Assembly: GCA_965263295.1 (NCBI GenBank)
Contig: OZ253665.1
Location: forward strand, 1,248,001-1,312,000
Length of the DNA stretch: 64,000 bases
Source of the DNA: Spirochaetia bacterium
GTDB taxonomy: Bacteria > Spirochaetota > Spirochaetia > SP-2023
Direction of reading: 5' to 3'
Made by a program: the position numbers and the translations under genes
Notes under the pieces: generated by a model
Told to the model about the DNA's origin: nothing
Seen by the model: the letters and a program-made list of their open reading frames with translations, nothing else
Database searches by the model: none
Part shown: piece by piece, positions 18,948 to 29,504 of the stretch
Numbering within the stretch: the stretch's first letter is position 1
How the letters are laid out: each line of letters opens with the position of its first letter

Positions 18948-21569
18948 ATGCTCCATCCGCTCGATTCCCACGACCAATATCTAGTCAACAGCTTGCCGAT
19001 TCTGATTGTCTATGCCGAAAGCTCGGTAAAACAAGACTCCACCATACCGCAAATCCCGCTGCAAGTTCCGGCGACTGTTCAATCCCGGCCTCAGTTGCAA
19101 GCCCAATACCTTGGCGAGAATGTCGACCACAGCCTTTCCCTGCTTGTGGAAATTCGTGAACAAATCAAGTCTGAAGGTTTTCGCATCCGCGAGCTCGGCC
19201 GCTATTCCGACTTCCGAGACATGGGTTCCCAACAGCACTTTGCGGCACTCGTCTTTACCTTGCCCAGCGACTGCAACGGCCCTAACTACAGCGGTCAAGA
19301 TGTCGCAGAATATCAACTGCTCAACGAAATTGTCAGTCATATTCGCCACTACAACGAAGATGTGCCCATTTTCCTGTATGGCAAGCAGAAAGAATATCGC
19401 ATGCTGAGTGAAGACGTAGTCCGCAACACTACTGGATTTATTCACTATGGCGAAGACACCGTCGAGTTCACCGCGCGCTACATTTGCCGCGAAGCCCGTT
19501 ATTACCTCAAGACCAGCTTACCCGCTTTCTTCCGCAACCTGATGGAATACGTATACAATGGCTCCTATTCCTGGCACTGCCCCGGGCACTCTGGCGGCAC
19601 CGCCTTCCTCAAAAGCCCGGTAGGTAAAATCTTTCATCAGTTCTTTGGCGAAAATCTCCTGCGTGCCGACGTATGCAACTCCGTGGAGAGCCTGGGGCAA
19701 TTGCTCGAACATACCGGTCACATCGGTTCAAGCGAGCGCAACGCCGCCCATGTGTTCCGTGCCGATCGTCTCTACTTTGTCACCAACGGCACATCTACTT
19801 CCAACAAAATTGTCGCTCACGCCAACCTCACTCAAGGGGACCTCGTGCTGGTGGACCGCAACTGCCACCAAAGCATCTTGCACGCCTTGATCCAGACAGG
19901 GGCGATACCGATCTTTCTGCAGCCCAGCCGCAACGCTCACGGCATTGTCGGCCCGATTCCCGAAGAACAGTTCAGCCCGGAATGGATCAAAGCCGCGATC
20001 CTGGCAAACCCCCTGGTCCCAGAGTCCTATAAGCAGGGAGGCCACCGAGCTGAAACCACAACAGGGGAACCCCAAAATGAAACCGGCGCGAATAGAAGGC
20101 CAAAGGGCTCAGTCGTCGCCCCCAAAGCCATGATTCTGACCCAAAGCACCTACGATGGGGTGCTCTACAATACCGAGACAATCAAGCAAAAGCTCGACGG
20201 CTACATCCCCGTGCTGCACTTTGACGAAGCCTGGATCCCTCACGCAGTATTTCACGACTTCTATTTTGCCATGCACGCCATGGGAGAACATCGCCCCGCC
20301 ACCGAGCACAGCACCATTTACGCCACCCAAAGTACCCACAAACTATTGGCCGGGCTCTCGCAAGCCAGCCAGATACTCGTGCAGAATGCCCGCGTCACCC
20401 CGCTGGACCCGGCACCGATGGAGGCCTCCTTCTTGATGCACAGCTCCACCAGCCCTCAATATTCCATACTGGCCAGCCTGGATGTCACTTCGGCCATGAT
20501 GTCGGGCGCTCACGGCTACGCCATTGTCGAAGAAGCCATTGTCGAAGCCCTGAGTTTCCGTCAGGCCCTGCGCAAGTATGGCGAGGGCCTAGAGCCCGAC
20601 AGCTGGTGGTTTCAAGACTGGGGCCCGCAGCGCTTCAGCAGCGCCAACCCCTACCCCGAATGGCTGGACGAAGCAGCCAGCCAGCCCAATTTTGACCCGC
20701 GACAGAACAGCGGTGAGAACCTGTGGCAAAAAGAGTGGCGGCAGGACCCGCACAGCAAGTGGCACGGCTTTGACCACGAGCGCAGTCCAGACTTCAATAT
20801 GCTGGATCCGATCAAGTGTACCCTCTTGACTCCCGGCCTGGACGATGACGGCCAGCTGCAAGAAAGCGGTGTGCCCGCTGTGCTTGTCAGCCGCTACCTA
20901 CAGGAAAACGGCATCATTGTCGAAAAGACCGGCTTGTATTCCATTTTTATCATGTTTACTATTGGCATTACCAAAGGCCGCTGGAAAAGCCTGCTCAGCG
21001 CCCTGCAACGCTTTAAGCTCGACTACGACATGCAGCAGTCGCTGTGGCAAAGCATGCCGCAACTTTGCCAACAATATCCCCAATATGCGGACTTGAATAT
21101 CCAAGAATTGTCTAAAATGTTGCACGAAGGCTACCGTCGGAACCGCATCGCCGAACAGACTAGGTTGGCCTATTCCAGCCTCCTTGAGCCGAAGGCCACC
21201 CCGGCGCAGGCTTACAACGCATTTATCCGCGGCGGATACGAAAGTCTGCCCGTCTCGCAAATTGGCGCGCGTATTTCGGCTTCAATGATTTCCATCTACC
21301 CGCCCGGCATTCCCTTGGTCTTTCCCGGCGAAGTCATCTCAGCGGAAGTCCAACGCTATCTGGCCTGTATTGAACGGCAACAGCGGCAATTCCCCGGCTT
21401 TGAAATCCATATCCATGGGATACAAAATGGGATACAGACTCGCAATATTGAGGACAAAACCGGGGCCGCCTTGGCCTGGTCCGAAGACTACGGCGAACGG
21501 AGGCCCAAGGCAACACCCGCCTTTCTCGTCAATGTGCTCAAAGACGAGCCTGCAATTCTGACTGGATAA
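18948..21569 (+). CDS. Wing-domain PLP-dependent Orn/Lys/Arg decarboxylase (LdcA/AdiA-like)
   Basis: HCPGHSGG, FVTNGTSTSNK, DRNCH, HFDEAW, TQSTHKLL (PLP lysine) and YPPGIP. ATG 18948 has a GAGG SD. Confidence 0.9.
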   Translation: MLHPLDSHDQYLVNSLPILIVYAESSVKQDSTIPQIPLQVPATVQSRPQLQAQYLGENVDHSLSLLVEIREQIKSEGFRIRELGRYSDFRDMGSQQHFAALVFTLPSDCNGPNYSGQDVAEYQLLNEIVSHIRHYNEDVPIFLYGKQKEYRMLSEDVVRNTTGFIHYGEDTVEFTARYICREARYYLKTSLPAFFRNLMEYVYNGSYSWHCPGHSGGTAFLKSPVGKIFHQFFGENLLRADVCNSVESLGQLLEHTGHIGSSERNAAHVFRADRLYFVTNGTSTSNKIVAHANLTQGDLVLVDRNCHQSILHALIQTGAIPIFLQPSRNAHGIVGPIPEEQFSPEWIKAAILANPLVPESYKQGGHRAETTTGEPQNETGANRRPKGSVVAPKAMILTQSTYDGVLYNTETIKQKLDGYIPVLHFDEAWIPHAVFHDFYFAMHAMGEHRPATEHSTIYATQSTHKLLAGLSQASQILVQNARVTPLDPAPMEASFLMHSSTSPQYSILASLDVTSAMMSGAHGYAIVEEAIVEALSFRQALRKYGEGLEPDSWWFQDWGPQRFSSANPYPEWLDEAASQPNFDPRQNSGENLWQKEWRQDPHSKWHGFDHERSPDFNMLDPIKCTLLTPGLDDDGQLQESGVPAVLVSRYLQENGIIVEKTGLYSIFIMFTIGITKGRWKSLLSALQRFKLDYDMQQSLWQSMPQLCQQYPQYADLNIQELSKMLHEGYRRNRIAEQTRLAYSSLLEPKATPAQAYNAFIRGGYESLPVSQIGARISASMISIYPPGIPLVFPGEVISAEVQRYLACIERQQRQFPGFEIHIHGIQNGIQTRNIEDKTGAALAWSEDYGERRPKATPAFLVNVLKDEPAILTG

Positions 21570-21779
21570 AATAAAATTATATTTAACAATAAAATAATTA
21601 CAGAACCCTGGAGATTAGGGATATCTCCCGACAGCACAGCTTTGGCCGCGGTCAGTCTGCTACTTATGGACATACCGGCTGGCAAACGGCGTCTGGGCAG
21701 AAGCACCAGACCATCGACAAAAGTTCTTAACGCGTGTTGTAACTATATCTGACCTGTGGCTTTTGACTGCGCTCTCCGT

Positions 21780-21785
21780 TATAAT
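21780..21785 (+). promoter_or_regulatory. -10 element (TATAAT) 9 nt before the glnS ATG; possible leaderless transcript
   Basis: TATAAT-TCCCCTGCT-ATG with no SD; -35 unclear. Confidence 0.45.
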
Positions 21786-21794
21786 TCCCCTGCT

Positions 21795-23531
21795 ATGAGC
21801 ACAGAAGACAATTCTTATACTCCTTTGGATTTTATCCGCAAAATCGTGGCCGCCGATATTGCGAGCGGCCGCTGTCAAAAAGTGGTGACGCGCTTTCCCC
21901 CCGAACCCAACGGGTATTTACACATTGGGCACGTCAAGGCGATGAGCATCAGCGCCGACATTGCCGCCGAGAACAGGGGCGACTTTATCCTGCGCATGGA
22001 CGACACCGACCCCAGAGGCGAAGAACAACAATTCATAGACTCAATTCACCGAGACGCGGCTTGGCTGGGCTTTTGCTGCAAGACCAAAGAAAATGGCGGA
22101 CGGCACTACGCTTCCGATTATTTCGGCATTTTCTACGACTTTGCCCGCTACCTGATTCAGCAAGGCTTGGCATACGTCGACGAGCTGGATGCCGAGACCA
22201 TGAACGCTTATCGCGGCAGCCCCACTGTGCCCGGCAGAAATTCCCAGCACCGCGAGCGTCCTGCCGCCGAAAGTTTGACTCTGCTTGAAGAAATGAATGC
22301 CGCTCGGCATCCCGAAGGTTCCTATACTTTGCGCGCCAAAATTGATATGCGGCACGTCAACGTACACATGCGCGACCCCGTAATTTACCGCATTAAATAT
22401 TTACAGCACCCGCGCCTGCAGAAGCAATGCTGCCTGTTCCCCATGTATGACTTCGCGCATCCGCTCGAAGATGCCATTGAGGGCATTACGCACTCCCTGT
22501 GCTCGCTGGAGTTTGAAAATCACCGCCCAACCTACGACTGGTTTGTCGACAAGTTCCACAAGTTTCGCGCTAGCAGCGCCACAAACTACCCCAAACAGTA
22601 CGAATTTGCCCGCCTGAGTATGAGCTACACCACGATGAGCAAACGCACCCTGAAAGAAATGGTGGGGCAAGGTATTGTCAGCGGCTGGGACGACCCGCGC
22701 TTGCCCACCGTTGGCGGTATGCGCCGGCGCGGTTTTCCCGCGCCGGCCTTGCTTAACTTTGTGCGGGCCGCCGGCATTACCAAAGTTCCCAGCACGATCG
22801 GTCTGGATTTTCTCTACCACCATGTGCGCGAGTATTTGAATCGACATGCCGTGCGTCGCTTTGCCGTCATCGACCCAGTCAAACTGGTCATCACCAATTA
22901 TCCCGCGGGACAGAGTGAAATTTTTGCGGCCGAGAACAACCCAGGAGACCCCAGTGCCGGCAGGCGTCAGCTACACTTTAGCCGCGAGCTGTGGATTGAG
23001 CGTGAGGACTTCATGGCGGAAGCTCCGAAGAAATATTTCCGCCTGGCTCCGGGCAAGGAAGTTCGACTCAAGCACGCTTATTACATCACCTGCAACGAAG
23101 TCATCAACGGCGAGAACGGCCAGATTGCCGAGCTACGCTGTAGTTATGACCCTGAATCGAGGGGCGGCACCACTGCCGACGGGCGAAAAATCAAGGGAAC
23201 CATTCACTGGCTTTCCTCTGACGATGCCCGTCCCGCAGAATTCCGCTTGTACGAATTGCTGTTTTCCCGCGAAGACATGAGTCAACTGGAAGAGGGCAAG
23301 ACCTACGCCGATTACCTAAACCCCGAATCTTTAATCGTAAAGCGAGGCTATGTGGAGCCCTGCCTCGCCCAGCTTGACCCCGACCCGAATCACCCCGAAC
23401 GGCAATTGGCCATGCAGTTTCTACGCCTGGGCTACTTTATCGCCGACTCACAGGACTACCGACCTGAAAAGCCCGTCTTCAATCGCGCCGTGGCCTTAAA
23501 AGATGCTTGGGCAAAGCAAGCCGCAAAATAA
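21795..23531 (+). CDS. glnS: Glutamine--tRNA ligase
   Basis: TRFPPEPNGYLHIGH, MRDPVIYR, PMYDFAH, MSKR, GWDDPRLPT and KGTIHW. Confidence 0.97.
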   Translation: MSTEDNSYTPLDFIRKIVAADIASGRCQKVVTRFPPEPNGYLHIGHVKAMSISADIAAENRGDFILRMDDTDPRGEEQQFIDSIHRDAAWLGFCCKTKENGGRHYASDYFGIFYDFARYLIQQGLAYVDELDAETMNAYRGSPTVPGRNSQHRERPAAESLTLLEEMNAARHPEGSYTLRAKIDMRHVNVHMRDPVIYRIKYLQHPRLQKQCCLFPMYDFAHPLEDAIEGITHSLCSLEFENHRPTYDWFVDKFHKFRASSATNYPKQYEFARLSMSYTTMSKRTLKEMVGQGIVSGWDDPRLPTVGGMRRRGFPAPALLNFVRAAGITKVPSTIGLDFLYHHVREYLNRHAVRRFAVIDPVKLVITNYPAGQSEIFAAENNPGDPSAGRRQLHFSRELWIEREDFMAEAPKKYFRLAPGKEVRLKHAYYITCNEVINGENGQIAELRCSYDPESRGGTTADGRKIKGTIHWLSSDDARPAEFRLYELLFSREDMSQLEEGKTYADYLNPESLIVKRGYVEPCLAQLDPDPNHPERQLAMQFLRLGYFIADSQDYRPEKPVFNRAVALKDAWAKQAAK

Positions 23532-23556
23532 AATGTGAAAAGAAATTTGTAAAGAT

Positions 23557-24609
23557 TTGAATATGGGAAACCTTATGGATACAAATACGCAAATGCCTCA
23601 TTACCCCGGACACCCTGAATATCGCGATCGAGAATCATTCAATCCCGAACGGAGCCGCGATGTCTGCGCACTAATTTATGGCTGCATGGATTTTGCCGGC
23701 GACTGGAATGAAAAAAGCTTGGCGGACATGGGCCAAAGCTACCGCAAGGAACGGGTGGCACTCGCCCGCGACATACTCAAAGCTTGCCTGGAGCAAGGCA
23801 TAAACTATTTTGACCACGCCGATATTTACGGCCGCGGCAAGAGTGAGGAAATTTTTGCCCAGGCCATCAGCGAGCTCCAGGTGCCTCGCGAGCAGTATGT
23901 CATACAGAGCAAGTGCGGCATCGTGCTGCCCGATACAGCCCAGCAAAGCCCCTACTACAACTTTGACAAGGCTTATATAAGCAGCCGAGTCGAAGCCAGC
24001 CTGAAGCGCCTCAATACCGACTACCTGGATGTCCTACTCTTGCATCGTCCTGCGGCCCTCGTAGAACCCGCAGAAGTCGCCAGTGCTTTTGAGCGGCTGC
24101 AGCAGCAGGGCAAGGTTCTGGCCTTTGGAGTCAGCAACCACAGCAGCGCCCAGATTGAACTGCTACAGGCCCACATGCCCTTCCAACTCGCTTACAACCA
24201 GATGCAAATCAGCCTGTTACACCACGAATTGCTGAGCAGTGGTCTGGAATACAACACCCCCAACCCAGTGAAGCCATACTTTGACACGATTGACTATTGC
24301 CGGCTCAATGACATACGATTACAGGCCTGGAGCCCTGTGGCACGCGGCAAGATTTTTCATCGCAGCGGATCGCCCAAGGCCAAAACGCGCCTACAGGAGC
24401 AGCTGGAACAAATGGCAAAAGCCAAAGGATGCAGCCCCGCAAGCCTCGCTATCGCCTGGTTATTGCGCCATCCGGCCGGAATCCAGCCGGTCGTCGGCAC
24501 CGGCAAGGTCGAACGCTTGAAAGATTACTGCAGTGCCTCTAAAATTGAGCTGAGTCAAGCTGATTGGCATCAGCTTCTAGTCGCCGCGCGCGAGAAGAAT
24601 TTGCCGTAA
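23557..24609 (+). CDS. Aldo/keto reductase, YdhF/YcsN-like
   Basis: FDHADIYG, IQSKCGI, LLLHRP, FGVSNH, QAWSP and WLLRHPA. The start may be 23575. Confidence 0.9.
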   Translation: MNMGNLMDTNTQMPHYPGHPEYRDRESFNPERSRDVCALIYGCMDFAGDWNEKSLADMGQSYRKERVALARDILKACLEQGINYFDHADIYGRGKSEEIFAQAISELQVPREQYVIQSKCGIVLPDTAQQSPYYNFDKAYISSRVEASLKRLNTDYLDVLLLHRPAALVEPAEVASAFERLQQQGKVLAFGVSNHSSAQIELLQAHMPFQLAYNQMQISLLHHELLSSGLEYNTPNPVKPYFDTIDYCRLNDIRLQAWSPVARGKIFHRSGSPKAKTRLQEQLEQMAKAKGCSPASLAIAWLLRHPAGIQPVVGTGKVERLKDYCSASKIELSQADWHQLLVAAREKNLP

Positions 24610-24777
24610 CCAGCACAGGCATCAGATTGTATGACAAAACCGCACGCCGGCAAGGGCGTAAATAAGCCCACAATTTACGGCAAAGTGCGAAGTCTCCGTT
24701 CGTTTTGCCCTGAAATGCCAATTCATGGGATTGTTAAAGGCCTGCGACGCGGCAGACCTCAAGAGGGCAACGCGCTT

Positions 24778-26142
24778 ATGTCCAAGCAAAGCTATTTCGG
24801 ACAAAGATTGGGCTTTCTCCGGTCATTTGGGCACCTGAGTTTCTGGCTGCACGGCCTGTTACTCTGCCTGCAGCTCAGCGGAATTGATACCGCGGCAGTT
24901 CTCTGGGGCCAAAGCCGCCCTGGCCCGGTGCTACGCCTGGCTTATCGGCACTACGCGGGACAAAAATACCGTATTGTCGCTCAGGTCGACGAACAAGTAT
25001 TCCGCAATCGCAAGCTGATCTATAATACCCAGATATTGAACCGTATCGCCATTGCCGTCGAATCCATGAATGGTCTGAATGCGATACTCGACGTCAATTA
25101 CCAGGTCTCAGAAGAAGCGGAAAACGGCCGGTTTTTCAGCTGGACCAAAGAAAATAATTCCCAGTTTGAACTTTCGCCTCAAGGCCAGTACCTCAATGTG
25201 GGTCCCAACGACCTGACGCCCAGTCTGCGCAATGTGCCCAGCTTTCCCGCACGCGAACTTGAGCCCGGTGACGGCTGGAGCGCTCCGGGCAGCGAGGTCC
25301 AAGACCTGCGCGAAGTCTTTGGCCTGCCGGTAGAGCTGCGCTTCAATTTTGACGTCAACTACATGTATCGCGGCGAAGAGACATTTCAAGGTCGCAAACT
25401 GCAACACATCACGCTGTTTTACAACATCGCCGAAGACGTCAGCAAACAGTTGCCCACTTCACTACAGCCCAGATTCAGTCACGGCAGTCCACAGCGCTAT
25501 TCGCGCCAATCGCGGCGACAAGACGGACAAAAAATGCGGGATATCCCGCGCTCGGTGCGGGCGCAACACAATATTGAGCTCTACTGGGACAGCCGGCAAG
25601 GCTTGCCCGTATTTCAAAAAGAGGATTTTGAAGTCGCCTATCTGCTGCAAAATGGCGAAGAAGTAAAATTTCGCGGCCGCTCCCGCGGCGACATCAATAT
25701 CGCTGAAACAATGAAGCATCAGGACATGAAGCGCGAACTGGAAAGAGAGCTGCAACAGGCCGGCATTCGCGCTGAAGTCAAGCAAAACGACAAGGGCCTT
25801 TCAATTTCGATTGACTCAATCAATTTCTATCCGGACAGTAAACGCATGCTGCCGGGCGAAGAACGCAAACTGCAACGTATCAGCCGTATTTTACAAAAGT
25901 ACCCTGAGCGCGACATCCAGGTTAGCGGCCACACTGCCGACCTTGGCCAAGCCGCACAGCAACAAAAACTCTCGCAAGCCCGCGCCGCCACCGTTGGCCA
26001 ATACCTGATTGACAGGGGCGTCCGCAGCCGCGAGCAAGTAGTCATCCGCGGCATGGGAGCGACCCAGCCCATAGCCGATAATACCACCGAGCAAGGGCGC
26101 AAGAAAAACCGCCGCGTCGAAATCACCTTGCTGGAAAATTAA
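24778..26142 (+). CDS. OmpA-family protein, spirochaete type
   Basis: C-terminal OmpA domain (INFYPDS, GHTAD, LSQARA, NRRVEI) and an N-terminal signal. ATG 24778 follows GAGGG. Confidence 0.9.
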   Translation: MSKQSYFGQRLGFLRSFGHLSFWLHGLLLCLQLSGIDTAAVLWGQSRPGPVLRLAYRHYAGQKYRIVAQVDEQVFRNRKLIYNTQILNRIAIAVESMNGLNAILDVNYQVSEEAENGRFFSWTKENNSQFELSPQGQYLNVGPNDLTPSLRNVPSFPARELEPGDGWSAPGSEVQDLREVFGLPVELRFNFDVNYMYRGEETFQGRKLQHITLFYNIAEDVSKQLPTSLQPRFSHGSPQRYSRQSRRQDGQKMRDIPRSVRAQHNIELYWDSRQGLPVFQKEDFEVAYLLQNGEEVKFRGRSRGDINIAETMKHQDMKRELERELQQAGIRAEVKQNDKGLSISIDSINFYPDSKRMLPGEERKLQRISRILQKYPERDIQVSGHTADLGQAAQQQKLSQARAATVGQYLIDRGVRSREQVVIRGMGATQPIADNTTEQGRKKNRRVEITLLEN

Positions 26143-26145
26143 GTT

Positions 26146-26874
26146 ATGGATCAGGCAGACCCGGCTTCCAACTCTTCCAAGCGCCACCGCGTACAACTGT
26201 CACCTGCCTGGCTAGCCATCTTGGGCGATCTGTTTGAACAAGCACAAATGAAACAATTGGGCGAGTTCCTGCGCCATGAGAAACGGCGAGGTAAAATAAT
26301 TTATCCTCCAGGCCCGCAAATTTTTGCCGCCTTTGCTGCCTTCGCGCCTCAAGAATGCAAAGTTGTCATTCTGGGTCAGGACCCTTACCACGGCCCCGGC
26401 CAGGCTTGCGGCCTGAGTTTCGCCGTGCCCCAAGGCGTGGCCCTGCCGCCTTCACTGCAAAATATTTACAAAGAGCTCGCCAGTGACCTGCCAGACTGTT
26501 CTTCTGCTCGCAGGATAGCTGCGGGCACAGTTGACGGTCAGCTGCGCCACTGGACATCGCAAGGCGTTCTCTTGCTCAACAGCGTACTCAGCGTCGAAGC
26601 CGGCAAGGCAACTTCGCACGCCGGCAAGGGTTGGGAAGCATTCACGGACCAGGTTATCCGCCGCTTATCCCAATTGAAACCCAACCTGGTCTTCCTGCTG
26701 TGGGGCTCTTACGCGCAAAAAAAAGCCGCTTGCATCGATACCCGCGACCACTGTTTGCTGCGCAGTCCCCACCCCTCTCCGCTTTCCGCCCATCGGGGTT
26801 TCTTTGGCTCCAGGCCATTCTCGCGTTGCAACCACTACCTGCGCAGTCGTGGGCTCGCGGAAATCGACTGGTAA
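26146..26874 (+). CDS. ung: Uracil-DNA glycosylase
   Basis: GQDPYH, PPSLQNI, GVLLLN and HPSPLS. Confidence 0.97.
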   Translation: MDQADPASNSSKRHRVQLSPAWLAILGDLFEQAQMKQLGEFLRHEKRRGKIIYPPGPQIFAAFAAFAPQECKVVILGQDPYHGPGQACGLSFAVPQGVALPPSLQNIYKELASDLPDCSSARRIAAGTVDGQLRHWTSQGVLLLNSVLSVEAGKATSHAGKGWEAFTDQVIRRLSQLKPNLVFLLWGSYAQKKAACIDTRDHCLLRSPHPSPLSAHRGFFGSRPFSRCNHYLRSRGLAEIDW

Positions 26875-26911
26875 AACCTTTAGCAGAAATGGCATGAATC
26901 TCACATGGATG

Positions 26912-27415
26912 TCATTGGCAGCGCAGCTCTCTGGGAAAGAAACTAATGAACCGGTTCAGAAGCCCATCCACCTGCTTTTTCGGGGCGGCCTTTTCCAGTT
27001 GTAACAGCTTGCCCTTGAAGAAAAAGCCAAAGTCCGCCCGCGCGTGAGGAAGCCCTCTGGGCAGTATCCCCTCACGATAGTCGTAACAGCGATAATTCAC
27101 GGCGCTCAGGTCCGCAAAGGAAAATTCACGGCTGCGATAGAGGAAGATCAATCCCCTCTTCAGCAGGCAACGCTCGGTTTTCTTGTCAAAGCTTAGTGAA
27201 TAACGGTAAGAGCTTCCCAGAAAGAGGAGCAGGGGGCACAATATGGTGCTGATTTTTCCCGCTGGCGACAGGTCGCGGAATTCCTGCGCCGTCATGTTGA
27301 ACAGTAGGGTCAGCAGCGAGGAAAGGAATACCAAAACGAGCATTCCCCGCAGGAGAGGATTCATCGAAAAGATGAGTTGCTCGGCATTGCGCTCTCTTGC
27401 CGCGTAAAAGGTCAT
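26912..27415 (-). CDS. Small two-TM hypothetical protein, last gene of the opp operon
   Basis: 167 aa with two hydrophobic helices then a beta-rich (PH-like) region; starts 4 nt after the oppF stop. Confidence 0.7.
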   Translation of the reverse strand: MTFYAARERNAEQLIFSMNPLLRGMLVLVFLSSLLTLLFNMTAQEFRDLSPAGKISTILCPLLLFLGSSYRYSLSFDKKTERCLLKRGLIFLYRSREFSFADLSAVNYRCYDYREGILPRGLPHARADFGFFFKGKLLQLEKAAPKKQVDGLLNRFISFFPRELRCQ

Positions 27416-27419
27416 GGAA

Positions 27420-28511
27420 CTATTCGTAGAGCCAGCAGGCCACCTTGTGACCGCCGCGAATCTCTTTTAGGGGAGGCATTTCCTTGCGGCATCGGTCCAT
27501 GCACTGACCGCAGCGAGAGTGGAAATGACAGCCCGGCGGAGGATGGATAGGCGAAGGCACATCTCCTTGCAACAGTATCCGCTGTCGCTGCGTGTCCGGA
27601 TCGGGGACGGGAACCGCCGAAATTAATGCTTTTGTGTAGGGATGATAGCGATTTTCATACAGGGATTTGCGCTCGGCGATTTCTACGATGCGGCCCAAAT
27701 ACATGACCGCCACATGGTCGGAAAAATACTCCACCACACTTAGATCGTGGGCAATAAAGAGATAGGTCAGATCCAGACGGGACTTCAAATCGTTGAGGAG
27801 TTCGAGAATCTGGACCTGAATGGATACGTCTAGAGCGGATACGGGTTCATCCAAAACGAGGAGCTTTGGCTCCAGAGCCAGGGCACGGGCTATGCCGATT
27901 CTCTGCCGTTGCCCGCCGGAAAATTCATGAGGATATCTATTGATGTAGGCAGGATCCAGGCCGGTGGCTTCCATCAGGTATTCAATTCTTTCCTTGCGTT
28001 GCTTTTTATCGCGATAGATTCGGTGAATGTCGAGCCCTTCGGCGATGATATCGCCGATGGGAATGCGGGGATTCAGTGAGCCGAAGGGATCCTGAAACAT
28101 CATTTGAAAATTCCTTCGGCCCACCCGCAGATCCTTTTTATCAAAGGAGGCAATATCGTATTTGGCTTTGAGCTCTTCTAGCTCCGCGCTATGACTCAGG
28201 TCTCCGGACAGCACTTGATTTTCCAGTTCCCTCATCCGCTCAATGATATCCGGCTCCACATCAAAAAAAACTTGCCCCGCAGTCGGTTGATACAGCGCTG
28301 TTAAGGTTCTCCCAGCCGTGGTTTTTCCGCATCCCGATTCGCCCACCAAAGCGAAAGTTCTTCCCCTCGGCACGGAAAAACTGATACCGTCCACCGCCTT
28401 CACATGGCCCACGGTTTTGCGGAAGATTCCCGCTTTTACGGGAAAGTATTTTTTCAGATCGTATACTTCAAGTAAATTGCTGTTTTTCTGTTCCATTCCA
28501 TCTCCGCTCAT
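27420..28511 (-). CDS. oppF: Oligopeptide ABC ATPase
   Basis: GESGCGKT, FSGGQRQR, LDEPVSALD and a Cys-rich C-terminus. Start is 28511 (ATGA overlap) or 28496. Confidence 0.9.
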   Translation of the reverse strand: MSGDGMEQKNSNLLEVYDLKKYFPVKAGIFRKTVGHVKAVDGISFSVPRGRTFALVGESGCGKTTAGRTLTALYQPTAGQVFFDVEPDIIERMRELENQVLSGDLSHSAELEELKAKYDIASFDKKDLRVGRRNFQMMFQDPFGSLNPRIPIGDIIAEGLDIHRIYRDKKQRKERIEYLMEATGLDPAYINRYPHEFSGGQRQRIGIARALALEPKLLVLDEPVSALDVSIQVQILELLNDLKSRLDLTYLFIAHDLSVVEYFSDHVAVMYLGRIVEIAERKSLYENRYHPYTKALISAVPVPDPDTQRQRILLQGDVPSPIHPPPGCHFHSRCGQCMDRCRKEMPPLKEIRGGHKVACWLYE

Positions 28512-29494
28512 TTTTTGCGATACAGGTGACAACGGCTGAAATGCCCCTCCTCTAGGGGCCCTATGGCGATCAACTCCGGTTTTTCTGTCTTACAGATATC
28601 CATCGCTTTTTTACAACGATTTTCAAAGGGACAACCAGCGATCTCTTCCATCAGGCTGGGCACCCGGCCGGGAATCGCTTCAATTTTTTTGTCACTCTGG
28701 CCCAATACGAGCAGGGAATTCAGCAGGGCCTCCGTGTAAGGGTGTCGGGGCTGAGCGTATATTTTGCTGACCGGAGCGCTCTCCACAATTTGCCCCGCAT
28801 ACATGACGACGACGCGATCGACCGATTCGGCCACAACGGCCAGGTCATGGGTAATCAGAATCACGGCCATGCCGTGCTTTTTCTGCAGTTCCTTCAGCAA
28901 TTCCAGTATCTGGGCCTGAATGGTGACATCCAGCGCCGTGGTTGGTTCATCGGCAATTAAAAGGCTGGGGTTGCAACTCAGGGCAATGGCAATCATGACT
29001 CTCTGACGCATCCCGCCTGAGAGTTCATGGGGAAAGGCATGCATCCGTTCTTGCGGCGCCGGGATTCCGACCTCCCTGAGCAATTCAATTATGCGCTCAT
29101 CCTGCTGTCTGCGGTTCAGCTTTGTGTGAAGCCGCAGGGCCTCGCGTATCTGCTCGCCACAGGTCATGATGGGATTCAGAGCCGTCATGGGCTCCTGAAA
29201 AATCATGGCCATTTCGCGGCCGCGGATGGAGGAAATGGTCTTGTCATCCATGGCGAGAAGGTTTTCTCCGCGCAGCAGGATTTCCCCTTGCTCTATTTTG
29301 CCCGGCGGCATATCCAGCAGGCCCATAATGCAATACGACGTCACCGATTTGCCGCATCCGGATTCACCGACAATTCCCAGGGTTTCTCCCTCTCGAAGGG
29401 TGTAGGAAATTCCGTCCACCGCCCGGACGACGCCTTCTTCCGTGTGAAAGGAGGCCTTCAGATTTTTCAGCTCCAGCAGTATGTCCGTTCCCAT
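28508..29494 (-). CDS. oppD: Oligopeptide ABC ATPase
   Basis: GESGCGKS, LSGGMRQR and ADEPTTALDV. Confidence 0.92.
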   Translation of the reverse strand: MGTDILLELKNLKASFHTEEGVVRAVDGISYTLREGETLGIVGESGCGKSVTSYCIMGLLDMPPGKIEQGEILLRGENLLAMDDKTISSIRGREMAMIFQEPMTALNPIMTCGEQIREALRLHTKLNRRQQDERIIELLREVGIPAPQERMHAFPHELSGGMRQRVMIAIALSCNPSLLIADEPTTALDVTIQAQILELLKELQKKHGMAVILITHDLAVVAESVDRVVVMYAGQIVESAPVSKIYAQPRHPYTEALLNSLLVLGQSDKKIEAIPGRVPSLMEEIAGCPFENRCKKAMDICKTEKPELIAIGPLEEGHFSRCHLYRKK

Positions 29495-29504
29495 GCGCTG
29501 CCTC

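Noticed and set aside
7034..26874. DNA-repair 'island' (recD, NUDIX, tag, ung)
   Set aside because: The genes are dispersed among unrelated ones on both strands and share no operator that I could see.
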